Shown one piece after another: positions 49,580-62,645 of a stretch of DNA of 64,000 bases (the first letter of the stretch is position 1; each line of letters begins with the position of its first letter). A program made the position numbers and the translations under genes. This DNA is from Tricharina praecox (lineage: Eukaryota): the NCBI RefSeq assembly GCF_024521635.1, contig NW_026250414.1, forward strand, positions 186,001 through 250,000. Reading direction: 5' to 3'. A model generated the notes under the pieces. That model made no database searches and was not told where the DNA came from. It worked only from the letters and a program-made list of their open reading frames with translations.

Positions 49580-49981
49580 ATGTCCAACATCGCTCCCATC
49601 GTCGGCAGACTCCGGAAGGGTCTCGTCATGGACCTCTCAGTCGCCACCGGTCTCGGAATGGGTTCGCTCACCACCACTATCCTCTCTCGAGAGCGCCGTA
49701 CTAATAGTGGCATATAGGCATGGGCTACTACTTCTGGTACGGTGAGTAACATAGACAAAAACCAACAGCACAACGAATCACCCGGACCGCACATCCACCC
49801 GACTCCAAAATGGCGCCACATTCTGATATTCTACAAACAGGCTACCATGTTCCGGCTGTCCGCCGCCGTGACGCGTAAGTTTCCACAAATCCATCTATCT
49901 TATGATGTCGCACGCTGACTGAGCTGTAATAGCTACTACGCCAAGCTCGAGCAGCAGCGCGCAGCCAACGCCCATGCTTAA
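49580..49981 (+). CDS. COX9: Cytochrome c oxidase subunit VIIa (62 aa)
   Basis: Exons 49580-49661, 49718-49741, 49841-49874, 49933-49981 give MSNIAPIVGRLRKGLVMDLSVATGLGMGMGYYFWYGYHVPAVRRRDAYYAKLEQQRAANAHA. Confidence 0.9.
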
Positions 49982-52428
49982 ATGCTACGACAAGACGGGT
50001 TGAGGGTTCAGAGGGAGAGGCATTGTGTACATTCAGTATGGTTAGAAGTGTAAACTTTTGTGCGGGGTCGGTCGCACGTTCTCATACCCTGTGCTGTGGT
50101 GGTAGACAAACGCCGGCTGATTCGCACAATCTACCGGTTATGACTTTATGCCGATATGAAATGGTTCCGGTCTTCCAATGTCTACTAATGACCGCAATTG
50201 AGATTCCGTGCCGCGAGTTGCGCTGTTAGGGTCCTGGAAATCTCCTGGCGAAGCGGCGCCGTATGTACGTTCCCTTTACTACGCACAAGGCACGCGTAGG
50301 GTCGATGGATACCCCATAGGCTTTCAAAGATCTGTTCCATGTTCGTTTTTGGTTCCTCGTTTACCGCACGCCACCTATGTCTAAACCATGGCAATCTGTG
50401 CTCCCTTCTGTCCGTCTGCAGTGCCGGGCAATGGAATCAGTGCAGCACTCCCGTCTCCCCAATCCCGACTTAATCAATTCACTACTCTCGAGCCTGCTTG
50501 GTGTTGATGCGCTGTAGAGGGATCTATTACATACCACATGTTACTTGGCCGCCATCATCATGTTTTTGGGTGAGAATACGTGCCCGCGCGAGCGGACAGT
50601 GGACGACTTCACGTAGCCGATTTCATACCGTACCACGCCTCAGAATACTGTGCCTGAGATAGGGATCATAGACAAACACATGGACCTCAGTATAATACGA
50701 CGGTAAGCCGAACCTTGTGAGTGAGTAGCGAGCTCGCTGCTCGAGTATTTGGCGGTGATGCTTGCAGTTCTATATATAGGCAGGATTCCGAAAGGCCAAT
50801 TCGATTCACCATACTCAACACAATGGCGATTTAACTCCGGCCCCTCGAAGCCAATAATAACCACAAGTCAACATGACCCCGCTACATGCTGAATGGCCAG
50901 AGACTACCGTAGGTGCCCAAATCCTACTGGAGTTGTCCCTAACGCACCGCATCCGCTTCGTATGACTCGTTCCAAGACGATGACCGACGGGCCAGTATAA
51001 TTGATATCATTGATACCCTCTAGCATGTCGCAGAATGTTTAGAATGCTGATAGCCCAAATCAATTGTCTCACCAACCTCACGCTTCTTCGGCTTGTTGGA
51101 CTGGCTTGTGGAATAATATTATCGCACAGTGCTCTATTCGCCTCCGAGGTGCATCGGATACATGGCCTCCGGCCCAGACAAGCCGCACGCGGACACAGTC
51201 AACCGACAACCGTGGAAAGTCGTTGCATGCGATCATGAGCAAATCTGCTTACAAGTATCATTGCAGTCCAGTCCAGAGTAGCTACCACGGTTCCGCTTTG
51301 TCTTACAATCTTCAGTGCTCACACGTAGGACTTTTCCCGCCCCAGCGGCATGCCGAGTCCAATCGGGCTGTCGAGTGAAGTTGAGTTGATATGATTCGTG
51401 CCCATAGCGGTGGGGCGGCGGGTGATCCTTGAACGTCTGTGCTGCCTGCGGCGCCGGCTAGTGTGAGATTGCCGAGTGTCTTATCCAGGCGATCGATACT
51501 GCCTTGGCTGACTGGCTGATACGAGCCTATTCCGCTTCAACCTCACACGACACGAGAGCGACAACCCAGCGGCTCACCCGGATGCGTGCGAACCACCAGC
51601 GAAGCGAAAGGCGAGGTGGAACTCAATGGCCTTCGTCAACCGAATATCCGTGAATCCTATACGAGTAGATCTGGGACACGCAGTTGTGTGAAGGATCGTG
51701 TGCTCCGGAGGTCCGCAGCTGTATGATAGGTACTTCAATAATTTCCCCCTCCATCCAGTATCTATCCTAACCGACAGATCGCATGTCTTCGCTTCGTCAC
51801 TTAGATACTCCTTGCACAACGTCCAGCATCCGCATAGCTGAGGTCAAGCGAAGTGGGGCCAAGTAGAATTCCACACTGTAATTTTTCCGTCCGTATGCCC
51901 TCCAACCTCGGCCAAGCGGGCTCGGTTCGTCGCTGCTTCCTGCGCTTAAACTGTGCCCATCCGTTGAACAGTACCTCCTCTTTGAGATCTGAGAGCGAGT
52001 GATTTCCAATGAGCGCCAGTCATCAGTTAATATGAACCGACGTCCTCTGAAGAAATGGGGTGATTTACAACGCTATGAACGCGCCACAAAAATGTTGTGC
52101 GGCAACGCTCAGGCAGCATGAGATCATCGATCTGCCGAGTTTTGGTTGAGCGACGGGCGGGTAACGTTTCGGAACAAACACCTGCTCCCCCGCTGAGTTT
52201 CGTGGTGGGTTGTCTCCCGCTAGTAACCTGTGGGTTGGGTGGTTCCATTCCTGAGCTGCACCTCCCTAGAGACCAGAAAGTCCCCGAGCGAAGTCCGTTT
52301 CCATCCACCCAAGAAACTCGAATCCGTTTCATCTCACACTCACCCCTCCTTCAGCACACCTAGCTCCGTCGAGCGGAAATATTTGTTTCGCACCATCACC
52401 CTCTGTTCTTCAACGCTTGGGAAGTGCA

Positions 52429-54548
52429 ATGAGCTCGACGACTGTTCACACGGTTCACCCGATCACCGCCGGTTCTTCCACGTCGGGCCCGGCATCGACA
52501 TCATTATGGACCAAACTCTCCGGCTACATCTCTGAGCACAAGGCTGTTGTCTACACGGTCGGTGCGGTGGTGATCGTCGCCACAGCCGGTGGCATCTACT
52601 ACATCACGCAGTCGGGGAACGACGGTGAAGCAAAGGAAAAGAAAAGCAAGAAAGACCGACGGAAAAAGGACGTCAAAGACAGCGCACCAGAGAAGGCGGA
52701 CGTTCCAAGTGGTGAGATACAAACATCCCCGCATCCCCGCCCAATGTCTGGGCCGCTTATATCGGAGGGACTGTAGATTCTAGGAAGCCGGCCGTCGCCA
52801 GCGTCGATAACATCCCGGAAGTGGACGAGAACACCGTTGCATCGCTGACTGACGAGGTACGACATGCCGACTTTGCGTTCCATAGCTCGGGTCAGACTCG
52901 CTAACGTTGGGGCACAGCAACGCACTGCATATGCGGCAAAATTGAAGGCGGCCGGCAATAAGGCCTACAGCGCCCAGGATTACCCACGCGCCATCGAGCT
53001 CTACTCCAAAGCCATCCTATGCAAGCGGGATCCCATCTTCTACTCGAACCGCTCGGCCTGTTACAATGCGCAGGGAGACTGGAGAAAGGTTGTGGACGAC
53101 ACCACCATAGCCATCTCAATGGATCCGGAGTATGTCAAGGCGCTTAACCGCCGCGCCAACGCTTTCGAGCAGCTCGAGAAGTACAGCGAGGCTCTCTTGG
53201 ATTTCACCGCCAGCTGCATTATCGATGGATTCCGGAACGAGACCTCGGCGCAGAGCGTGGAGAGGCTGCTCAAGATGGTTGCTGAAACCAAGGGCAAAGC
53301 AATGCTTGAGGCGAAGCCCAAGAAGTTGCCATCCCCGACTTTTGTGTCCAACTACCTTCAAAGCTTCAGGCCACAGCCTTTCCCGAAAGGACTCGAGGAG
53401 GGCGCTGTACTCGATGACACCTCGGGTGACTACCACCTTCAGGCTGGATTAGATGCTATAAGGCGAAAGACGGCAGATGCCTACAATCTTGCGGCGGAGT
53501 CATTCGAGAAGGCCATGGAGGCGGGAACAAGCCATGAGGCCGTTGCCCTCAACTACAGGGGAACTTTCAAGTACCTCCGAGGCGATTCCGAGGGTGCACT
53601 TGAGGATCTCTCCCGGAGCATTGAGCTGGATCCCACAATGTCACAGAGCTATATCAAGCGCGCCAGCATGAGGCTGGAACTCGGTTTGTGAAAAATTCAC
53701 GCTCTCAGGGGGCCGATATGGTCTAACTTTCGCAGGGGATAGAGACGCCGCGGCCGTGGACTTCCAGGCCGCAATTGAACACAATCCTGACGATCCTGAC
53801 ATCTACTACCACCGTGCTCAGCTGCATTTCATCTGCGGCGAATTTGGCGGGGCCGCTAAGGATTACCAGAAGTCAATTGAGCTCGACGGTGACTTCATCT
53901 TCTCTCACATCCAGCTTGGTGTGACCCAGTACAAGATGGGATCGATCGCCTCGTCGATGGCCACCTTCAGGCGGTGCATCAAAAACTTCGACAAGGTCCC
54001 TGATGTGTACAACTACTACGGGGAGCTCTTGCTGGACCAGCAAAAGTATCAGGAGGCCATCCAGAACTTTGACATGGCCATCGAAATGGAGAAGCAGACC
54101 AAGCCCATGGGTATGAACGTACTGCCGTTGATTAACAAGGCATTGGCTCTCTTCCAGTGGAAGCAGGACTACAGTGAGGCGGAGAAGCTTTGCGAGCGCG
54201 CATTGCTACGTGAGCACCCCAGCCAACACGTTCATCTATTGGTTGCTAATCCGATTTTAGTTGACCCCGACTGCGATATCGCTGTTGCCACCATGGCACA
54301 GCTACTTTTGCAGCAAGGAAAGGTTAATAGTGCGTTGGAGTACTTCGAGCGTGCGGCATCACTCTCCCGAACGGAGGCCGAAATTGTGAACGCTCTCTCG
54401 TATGCCGAGGCAACACGCACGCAACTTCAAGTGAGTGATCCAAAACTCCTTCCTATCCATACGCTAACAACCGAAAAAGGTCCAGGAGAAGTACCCTCAA
54501 CTCGCTTCGAAATTGCAGGGAATGGCGGGAGGAATGGGCCCCAGGTAG
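52429..54548 (+). CDS. TOM70: Mitochondrial import receptor Tom70
   Basis: N-terminal anchor [66 protein letters not shown]s; about six exons. Confidence 0.95.
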
Positions 54549-55051
54549 GCAAAAACATCTATATGTACAGTAGTTCCTTCGGCAAACTCATTGATGGTGT
54601 CTTTAGTTTTAGTGGATAGGTGAAATTGTATTGGTCTCTGATTTGAGTACAAAAAGGATTGTGCGAATGCTGCTTTCCACACACGTGTAGTTAAAGAATG
54701 CCCTGTTGTTCCCTCTCTCTTCTATCTCTATCCGCCTGCTCTATTTTTCCGGTCTAGTTTGTTGGGATCTTTTGGCCACTGAAACGAATATGTACATAGG
54801 ATTTCAGTTGTGAAGGCATTTAAATCGGTAGATAGGTGACTTATGACCCGTACATGCTCTCGGGGTTTAGGTACCTAGATTGGCAGTGATGAAACGGGGT
54901 ACAATCCACGAAATATCACTCGATACCTAGGCTGTTTGTGAGCTAAATTGTCTTGGCATAAGTCGCGCCTGCATACTTCATAGCAGCTTCGCGCCTGTCC
55001 GACTTCTCGACACGTTCCCCTGTGCTGTGTGTTCCTCAACGTCGCCCCAAA

Positions 55052-55952
55052 ATGCCAAAATGTGAGTCTCTTCCTACACCCGACGCTTTAACTCTGATTT
55101 GTTTACTGACTGTCTACTTTAGTCTTCTGTACCTACCGGAATTCTCCAGCTGTGGCGATTGCGAATGCTAATCGTTAAACTCAGGCGACTACTGCGATGT
55201 CTACCTCACTCACGACTCCATAAGCGTCCGCAAAGCGCACAATAGCGGTCGTAATCACCTGCGGAATGTCGTCGAGTACTATCAACGTACGTTACTACTC
55301 TCTATCGCGCGCGCGTGGGAACGAAGGGTGGGCTGACAAATGTCTGGGGAGGTAGAAATCGGACATGAGAAGGCGCAGTCGGTCATAGACTCCATCACGA
55401 GTTCGTATGCCGCCGAGGGACAGACTATGCCGATGCCCGGCATGCTCCCAGGGATGATGCCGGGTCAGTCGAGTTTCCCGCCGCCGGTGGGAATGGGATT
55501 TCCTCGTATGTTGTCGCTTGTTCCGCAGGTGCTGGAGTACTCGCTGATGTCTGTGGTGCACCGCAGCTCGTCCAGGCCAGCCGCTTCCTCCGCCACCGTT
55601 CGGGTTCCCGCCGCAAGCCGGACTTCCCGGCGGATTCCCCCCACCAGGTAGACCCGGAATGCCGCCGTTTCCTCCGCCTCCGATCATGCCCGGCGCCGTG
55701 GGATTCCCGCCGCAGTTCCCGGGTGGGCTGCCGCCGCCGCCGTTGGGGATGCCTCTGCCGATGGGAGATGGGATGTCGGGACAGCCACCGATGATGCCCG
55801 GACAGCCACCGTTCCAGATGCCGCCAGGTGGATTCCCGCCGCCGTTTCCAGGCCAGGGAATGAGTCCGCCTCCCGGTGCTATGATGGGTGCACCCCCGGG
55901 TGGTCCTGGAGGTCCACCATCGTTAGGCAATTATCAACCGCCTCCGAAGTAG
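55052..55952 (+). CDS. YHC1: U1 snRNP protein C
   Basis: Exons 55052-55061, 55123-55128, 55185-55286, 55356-55505, 55567-55952 give [30 protein letters not shown] plus Pro/Gly/Met-rich tail. Confidence 0.93.
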
Positions 55953-56130
55953 CGTTAGGTCGGCGATTGTATAATAGTCAGGTTTCGTTCGGAAGGATGA
56001 GTGGGAAGGCGTGACAGGTTTCTTCATGCGAAATGTCGGGGTGTTGGTGTCTTCAAGTTACAAGTTTGGCAAGCGAATTGTGTACTGCTATGTCCCATAA
56101 AATTGATTTTGGTTTTGTTTTCCCGCATGT

Positions 56131-56823
56131 CTATCCAACAGCTCTCATCACGAGCTTCCCCAGTATCTGCAACTCCATGTCTTCCGTCACCCCCTTTATC
56201 CCCGCCGTAGGAATCTTGTAGCACTTTCCCACGCGTGCCCAATCCGTACCCTGTGCAATCACCGCATCCGTAAACTCCGCCGGTGTCCCCTCCACCACCT
56301 TGTTCAGGTGCCGCTCAACCTCCTCCGCGGATATGGGCTTCTCCTCGCTCGAGATCTTGACGCAGACTAGCGACGTGGTCGTTGGGGATATTCCAAAGCG
56401 GCGGAAGGACTCCGTGATCTTTCCAGCCATCAGCCATACACTCCAGCGAGACGACGATAGAGAGAAGCAGTAAGTACGTTATTATTTGGACTCAGACAAA
56501 ACACGATCTCGGAGTGAACGTTCTTCGTCCTTAGCTTTCCCGTGACGAGGAGCTTATGGACTGCCTGGTGCGCAGCAGCTAACACGTGCGTCGTCGACAC
56601 CATCTACACCCACTTTCCATGTCACTCAGAGTTTCGTAGCTGTGGGGCGCACCCACGCGTGGGAACCTACGGCACCCGCATCGATAAATGCGTACTCGAA
56701 GCCGGTGTTGCCGGCGAGCAGCTGGTCGCGAAGGAACGCGGCGTTGCCGACGTTGTGGTACATCGCGATGTGCACCGCATGCGCGGCGGGAATGTGTTCG
56801 AGCGTCAGGGTGGTGAGCGACAT
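56131..56823 (-). CDS. CGI121: KEOPS/EKC complex subunit Cgi121 (TPRKB)
   Basis: Exons 56823-56671, 56603-56478, 56418-56131; [35 protein letters not shown]. Confidence 0.92.
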
Positions 56824-57040
56824 TGTTGTTTGCGGGCTGCGGTGGGCGAGCGTGAATGGTGGGTGAATTGTTTGGACTCTAGGTCAGTTACTGGAGCACA
56901 TACGCAAGTGAGGATTCATGTGGTTTGGTGGGGTTGTTGGCTTGGCACGTGCGTGGGTTGGAGCTATAGTATCACTTCGCGTCTCCACCATCACACGACA
57001 CGGCACCTCCGACAACTCACAACACGACGACAGCAGCAAC

Positions 57041-58879
57041 ATGACGACGCCAAAAATGCTAGCCGGCATGACGCCCAACTCCCACGCGGTGGCTACATTC
57101 GCGTTTTCGCCAGCACTACTGGGACAATCTCCCGCGGCTTTCCTCAAGAACCACAGATCACCGATGCCGTCGGGGAACTTTAACTCGCCTGGGATGTTTG
57201 CGGCGCTGGGAGTCACGGGAACTCCGAGCATGCAGCAGTTACCCCCAGATGAGAACAAGAAAAGAGAGTTGGCGGAGATTCTGCGGGTCTTGGGGACGAG
57301 GCCGGGGAGGATCAGTGTTGCGGCTGTGGAGAGGTTGGCGAAAGGGATGGGGTGAGAATGCCCACGCATTGATAGGAATGTTTTTGCTAAGTTGCTGTGG
57401 AGATTGGAGTGCTATAAGGATACAGACCCCGCCACCGGCGGAACGACACTATCACTCGCAGCGAAGATCTTCTTGCTAGATGTACGTAGCCATCTCGGGA
57501 GCTCCGATCCCCGGGTGCTGACCTCATTAGATCGAGTTCACGGGCGACAAAGTCGAGCGAGTACAAATCTCATTCGAGAACACCCCCGGCCCGTCCAGCG
57601 ACCTTGCAGCCCAAGCTGCCGCGATATTCCAGAAGAACCTGACGCCCTCATCACTCTCTCCCGGTCGGCCGCCGCTACTGGTCCCGTCGCTCTCGGACTT
57701 CGCGGAGAACCTGACCAGATTCTACCGTACCGACAAGCTCAGTGGGAGCATCAATTGCTTCGCAGCGATCACTGGGATATATCAGAGTCTGCGCAAGATC
57801 TATGAGTACGAGAGGGATAGTATGGACAGTGAAATGGCGGTGATGTGTGTGGGCAATGGAAGGCCGGCGATGCATGTCCGAGGGAAGGTGGGGTTGAGTA
57901 TTGACTATTGGAAGGAACGGCGGACAAGTGCGGAACAGGAGGAGGGTGAGGATGGTGAAGAGAAGTTATGGAGAATAATGATCGAAGTTGAAGAAACGCC
58001 GCCGGATTTCGAGAACAACCTGAACATGGGGAATATGACAATAACGCCAGTGCGTGCGTCGGATCAGTGGGTGTCGGATGAAGTGAAGAAGTCAAACAAG
58101 TATGAGACCAAATCACTATATCAAGTCCTCGGCTGACATCTAGCAGTCTGTTCGACGAAGAGCTCACAACCGACTGGCTCGAGCCCCCACTAGAAGAACT
58201 GCTTGACGTGACCGGCGACTCCTCGGCGTCACGTCCCTCATCCGCCCGCTTCCTCGCGCGTCTCGACCCACCCGTCGTCGTCCCCCTCCAAGACCAAATG
58301 GAACTCTACACCGGCATGCAAATGACCGGCCTCGGCACACTCGAAACCCTCCTCTTCCCCGGCCTCCCCCCAAGCAACGATACGTACCGCCACATCCACG
58401 TCCCCGATTCCACCGCCCCACTGCACCACTACCACCTCCACCCCTACCTTAAACCTGTCTACGTCCGTTACGTCAGCGAAATCCCATTCTCGCATCCTCG
58501 GGACATCCTGCCTATACTCCGCACCCTCCGCCAATATGTCCTCGTCAAAACCCTTCTCGAAAGCTGTTTCTCGCCGCTACACCCCTCCCCACCCCCTCCA
58601 TCACCACCTCACTCGTCCATAGACGATTTAAACTTCTTCCTCGATTCCACCAGTCCCAGTACGGGAGAGGTGCCAGTCGATATTACCCTCGAGCCAGGTC
58701 AGCAGTTCGGGATCCGTGTCGTCTTTCCGGAGCGTGCCAACACTGGCGTGGTGAATATGCAGGTGCAGGTGGGACGGAATGCGGAGGTGAGCGTGAAGCA
58801 AAATGAACGCGCGGAGAAGGCCATCAAGGCTTGTGAGGACTTGGGACTGGTGGTTGAGTGGATTAGGAGGCAGTCATAA
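57041..58879 (+). CDS. MED1: Mediator subunit 1
   Basis: Four exons; ILRVLGTRPGRISVAAVERLAK..GLEC, TLSLAAKIFLLD, DKLSGSINCF.AI, GRPAMHVRGKVGLSIDYW, RFLARLDPPVVVP, IPFSHPRDILPILRTLRQY. Confidence 0.85.
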
Positions 58880-59387
58880 CGATATTGATGGAAGCCATGG
58901 TTTACTGTAACAGGAAAGGATATACCCTGGGTGGTTTTTAATGCATGTTTTGTATTGCTTTGCTTTTGGAGTTTTTCAGCGGTAATTAGAGGGATTTTCA
59001 TGGCCTATCACCTCATTCGAGGCTTTCCAGTGACTCCATTCCCAACGTAGTAGCTTGTTTTTTTACCAGGAGGTCACGTCGTCTCTGTGCAGAACTTCAT
59101 GTTTGAGAAGCAAGTGAAACAAAACATCAGTATCCGAGACCCGAGTCTCAGTGAGGCATATAAATCCACTTTCCCAACTGCAGCCATCACCGCCGTTATC
59201 AGACAGGCCCGATCTCCTTCCAGGATCCCGGCTCCATCCCTCCCTCCGGAACCTACCGTTTTAGCGTGAACCTTCACACCTCTTGGGGAAAAGCTTGTCC
59301 AGACTGCTCGACATTATTCAACTTTCAGATTCGGATTTTTCGATTTTGACCCTGCGTTGGATTCGGTTTCAACTTTTCCTTCTACAA

Positions 59388-62216
59388 ATGCGACAATTAC
59401 GATGGTCGCTTAACATCTTGCTCCGTCCTTCGACTTCCCGAACCCGATGGCAGCCGAGTTTATTGCGGAGAGGGTTCGGAGAGGCGCTGCCGCGGAGGGC
59501 GATCGTCGCGTATGGAAAGGCCTCCCACGACCTCGAGAAGCGCATCGATGATATCCCGCTGGATCGCTTTAGGAACTTTTGTATTGTGGCGCACGTCGTA
59601 TGTCACCGCTGCCGCTGCTGCTGTCCGTCCGTCGGAGTCCGTCGGTGTGGTGTGGTGTGGAGTAGAGTGGAGTGTTGCGCCTGGCTAACTTGCGTGAAAC
59701 ATAGGATCATGGAAAGAGCACTCGTACGAATCCTACCTCCGCCCGCCCTCACTCCTCCTCCTCCTTCGCCTCGGACGAATAGCTGATCCGCGCGCCACCT
59801 ACTATAGTCAGCGATCGGTTGCTCGAGCTCACGGGGACGATAAAGGTCGGGGATAATAAGCAGATCCTGGATAAGTTGGATGTGGAGCGGGAGCGTGGAA
59901 TCACCGTCAAGGCGCAGACTTGTACCATGCTGTATAATTACAAGGTACCTATGACTTTTGTTTGCATGATGGTTGGCTGGCTGGCTGGCTGGAGAAGAGC
60001 ACTTTCTGATTGGCTTTTGGCTCGTAGGGCGAGGATTATCGTGCGTTAAATCTTACCGTTCACCGACCGACTTTCGTCACGCATGCTAATTGATGGCCTC
60101 CGGTGAGGTGTACGAACACAGTACTGCATCTTGTTGATACACCCGGTCACGTCGACTTCCGTGCAGAAGTTCTGAGTAGCTACCGGTCTACGGAATCAGC
60201 ACTGCTGTTGGTGGATGCCTCCCAAGGAGTCCAAGGTTGGTGCTACCTCTGGCAGCTGGTTGGGTTGGAAAAGCACTGACCTTTTGGACTTCAGCACAGA
60301 CGGGTGAGTTTCTAGTATCCATGAGTCCGTGGGTATAGACATGTCTCTAAACCGCGCTTCTACATAGTTGCAAATTTCTTCCTTGCGTTTGCACAAGGCC
60401 TCACGCTGCTGCCGGTGGTCAACAAGGTCGACCTTCCCTCGGCAGATCCGGATAGGGCACTCGAGCAGATGCGCACGAACTTCGAGCTGGACCCCAAGAA
60501 GGCCGTGTTGGTCTCGGCAAAGACGGGACTCAATGTTGAAGCTATACTGCCGGCAGTGATAGAAGGGGCACCATCGTAGGGCTTACCTACCTGATCCTCA
60601 CCTGCTTATCTACCGGAAAGGAATATCTAACATGTGTCGGCTGCGCAGACCAACTGGCTCCAGTAAAGATCCCCTTAAAATGCTGCTAATCGATTCGTGG
60701 TATGACAACTACAAGGGTGTTATTCTACTCGTCCGGATCTTTGATGGGGTTCTGAAGCCGGGTGACCAAATCGTCTCGTTTGCTACGGGGAAGAAGTACT
60801 TTGTCGGTGAGGTGGGGATCATGTACCCCCTAGAGACAGCGACCTCATCCTTGAGGGCCGGACAAGTGGGGTACTGTTATTTCAACCCGGGCATGAAGAA
60901 TACCAGCGAAGCCAAAGTTGGAGATACGTTCTGTCATATCGGAATGGAGGACAAGGTTGTTCCGTTGGAAGGATTCGAGGAACCACAGCCAATGGTAGAT
61001 ATCACTTCGTATGACTACTATTGGCCCCGGCTAATATTTTCCGAAAGGTCTTTGTGGGTGCGTTTCCGCTGGACCAGGGAGAGTTCAACAGGTTGGATGA
61101 CAGCATCCAGCAGCTCGTCACAAACGACCGAAGTGTGACACTCCAAAAGGTACACCGATCAACAAACGAGTGAGGGCATCCCGTCCGTGAAATGCCGCTA
61201 AATTCAATGCAGGAAGCTTCAGAGGCACTCGGTCAAGGCTGGCGACTTGGGTTTCTCGGTGAGCTCTCTTCCCAACCCTAAAACCGTTCGTCCCATCATG
61301 CTCATGCAGATTCCCTTCTAGGAACCCTCCATGCCTCCGTTTTCGAGGACCGTTTGCGTCAAGAACACGGCGGGTCGTTGATCATCACCTCGCCCACGGT
61401 GCCCTACAAGATCATACACCCCCGGGACGGGAGCGAAGAGATCATCAGCAATCCCGCATTGTTCCCGTCGGGTGACCATGAATTCAAACAACTCGAGCGG
61501 CTGGAACCCTACGTACTGGCCACCATCACCGTGCCGGAGGAGTATCTGGGCAAGGTCATCGAGCTGTGCGAGGGCAATCGCGGAACCCAGGTCGAGATCA
61601 CCTTCTGGACCGCAACACAGGTCATCTTGAAATACAAACTGCCGCTCGCCCAGCTGGTAAACGACTTTTTCGGGAAGCTGAAGGGTATCACGAAGGGGTA
61701 TGCTTTCTTTCATTCCACCAGCGTTAGCGGTGGCTAACTCGGGAAATAGCTACGCCTCCCTCGACTACGAAGAAGCCGGCTACGAGAAATCCGACATTGT
61801 CAAGCTGCAGCTTTTGGTAAACAAGCTCCCCGTAGATGCGATCTCGCAGGTAATGCACCGGAGCCAGACGGCGCGCGTGGGCCGGCAATGGGTCGCAAAG
61901 TTCAAAGAGTTTGTGCAGCGCGAGCTGTTCGAGGTGGTGATCCAGGCGGCGGTGGGGAACCACATCGTCGCGAGAGAGACGGTCAAGGCGGTCCGGAAGG
62001 ATGTCACGGCAAAGCTCTACGGAGGTGATCGGACTCGCCGCATGAAGCTGCTGGAAAAACAGAAGGAGGGACGGAAGAAGCTGCAGGGTATGTTATTTCT
62101 TCTTCTTCTTCTAGAATGCGTGTGGATCTTCGTGGCGGACGGAATTCTAACGAGATCAAGCAATCGGACGGGTGACGATCGAGCAGAAGAGTTTCCAGGG
62201 TTTCCTGCAGAAGTAG
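59388..62216 (+). CDS. GUF1: Mitochondrial translation factor GUF1 (LepA/EF4)
   Basis: [72 protein letters not shown]; 13 inferred exons. Confidence 0.95.
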
Positions 62217-62645
62217 CCGTACCAGTAGCGTCGACGGGACACGATGGAGGCGCTGTAGCTAGAGTAGAGATGTTCAAAACTCCAATAGCTACAACTCACA
62301 TAGAGCATCTAGCTCAAAGCTCGGATCGTGAAGTGAGTCGTGACTAGCCACGTATTTTTTATTTATTATTTTACCTATCGTTGTTGTCGTTGTCGTATGC
62401 ACACTCTATCGTGTTCGCCTCCGCGCCCATCTCATTATCCGACGCTATGGGCCCGGATGTGACCATATTCAAACGTCGCCCCGCATGCAGTTTCCGCACT
62501 CGCAATATATTACACAATCGATACTCTGGATATGCGACTGTACATGCGATAGATGCGATAAATGCGATAAACCACACATGCGACGAACCAGAAGCTCCGC
62601 AGCCCGTCGCATCCACCTACGATATGTATGTATTCACTCTCGAAA

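Noticed and set aside
50050..52250. Short ORFs between COX9 and TOM70
   Set aside because: No codon bias, motifs or coherent splice structure
52276..52288. GAAAGTCCCCG resembles the RNase MRP CR-I motif
   Set aside because: Lies in the TOM70 promoter/5' UTR with no matching CR-V partner downstream
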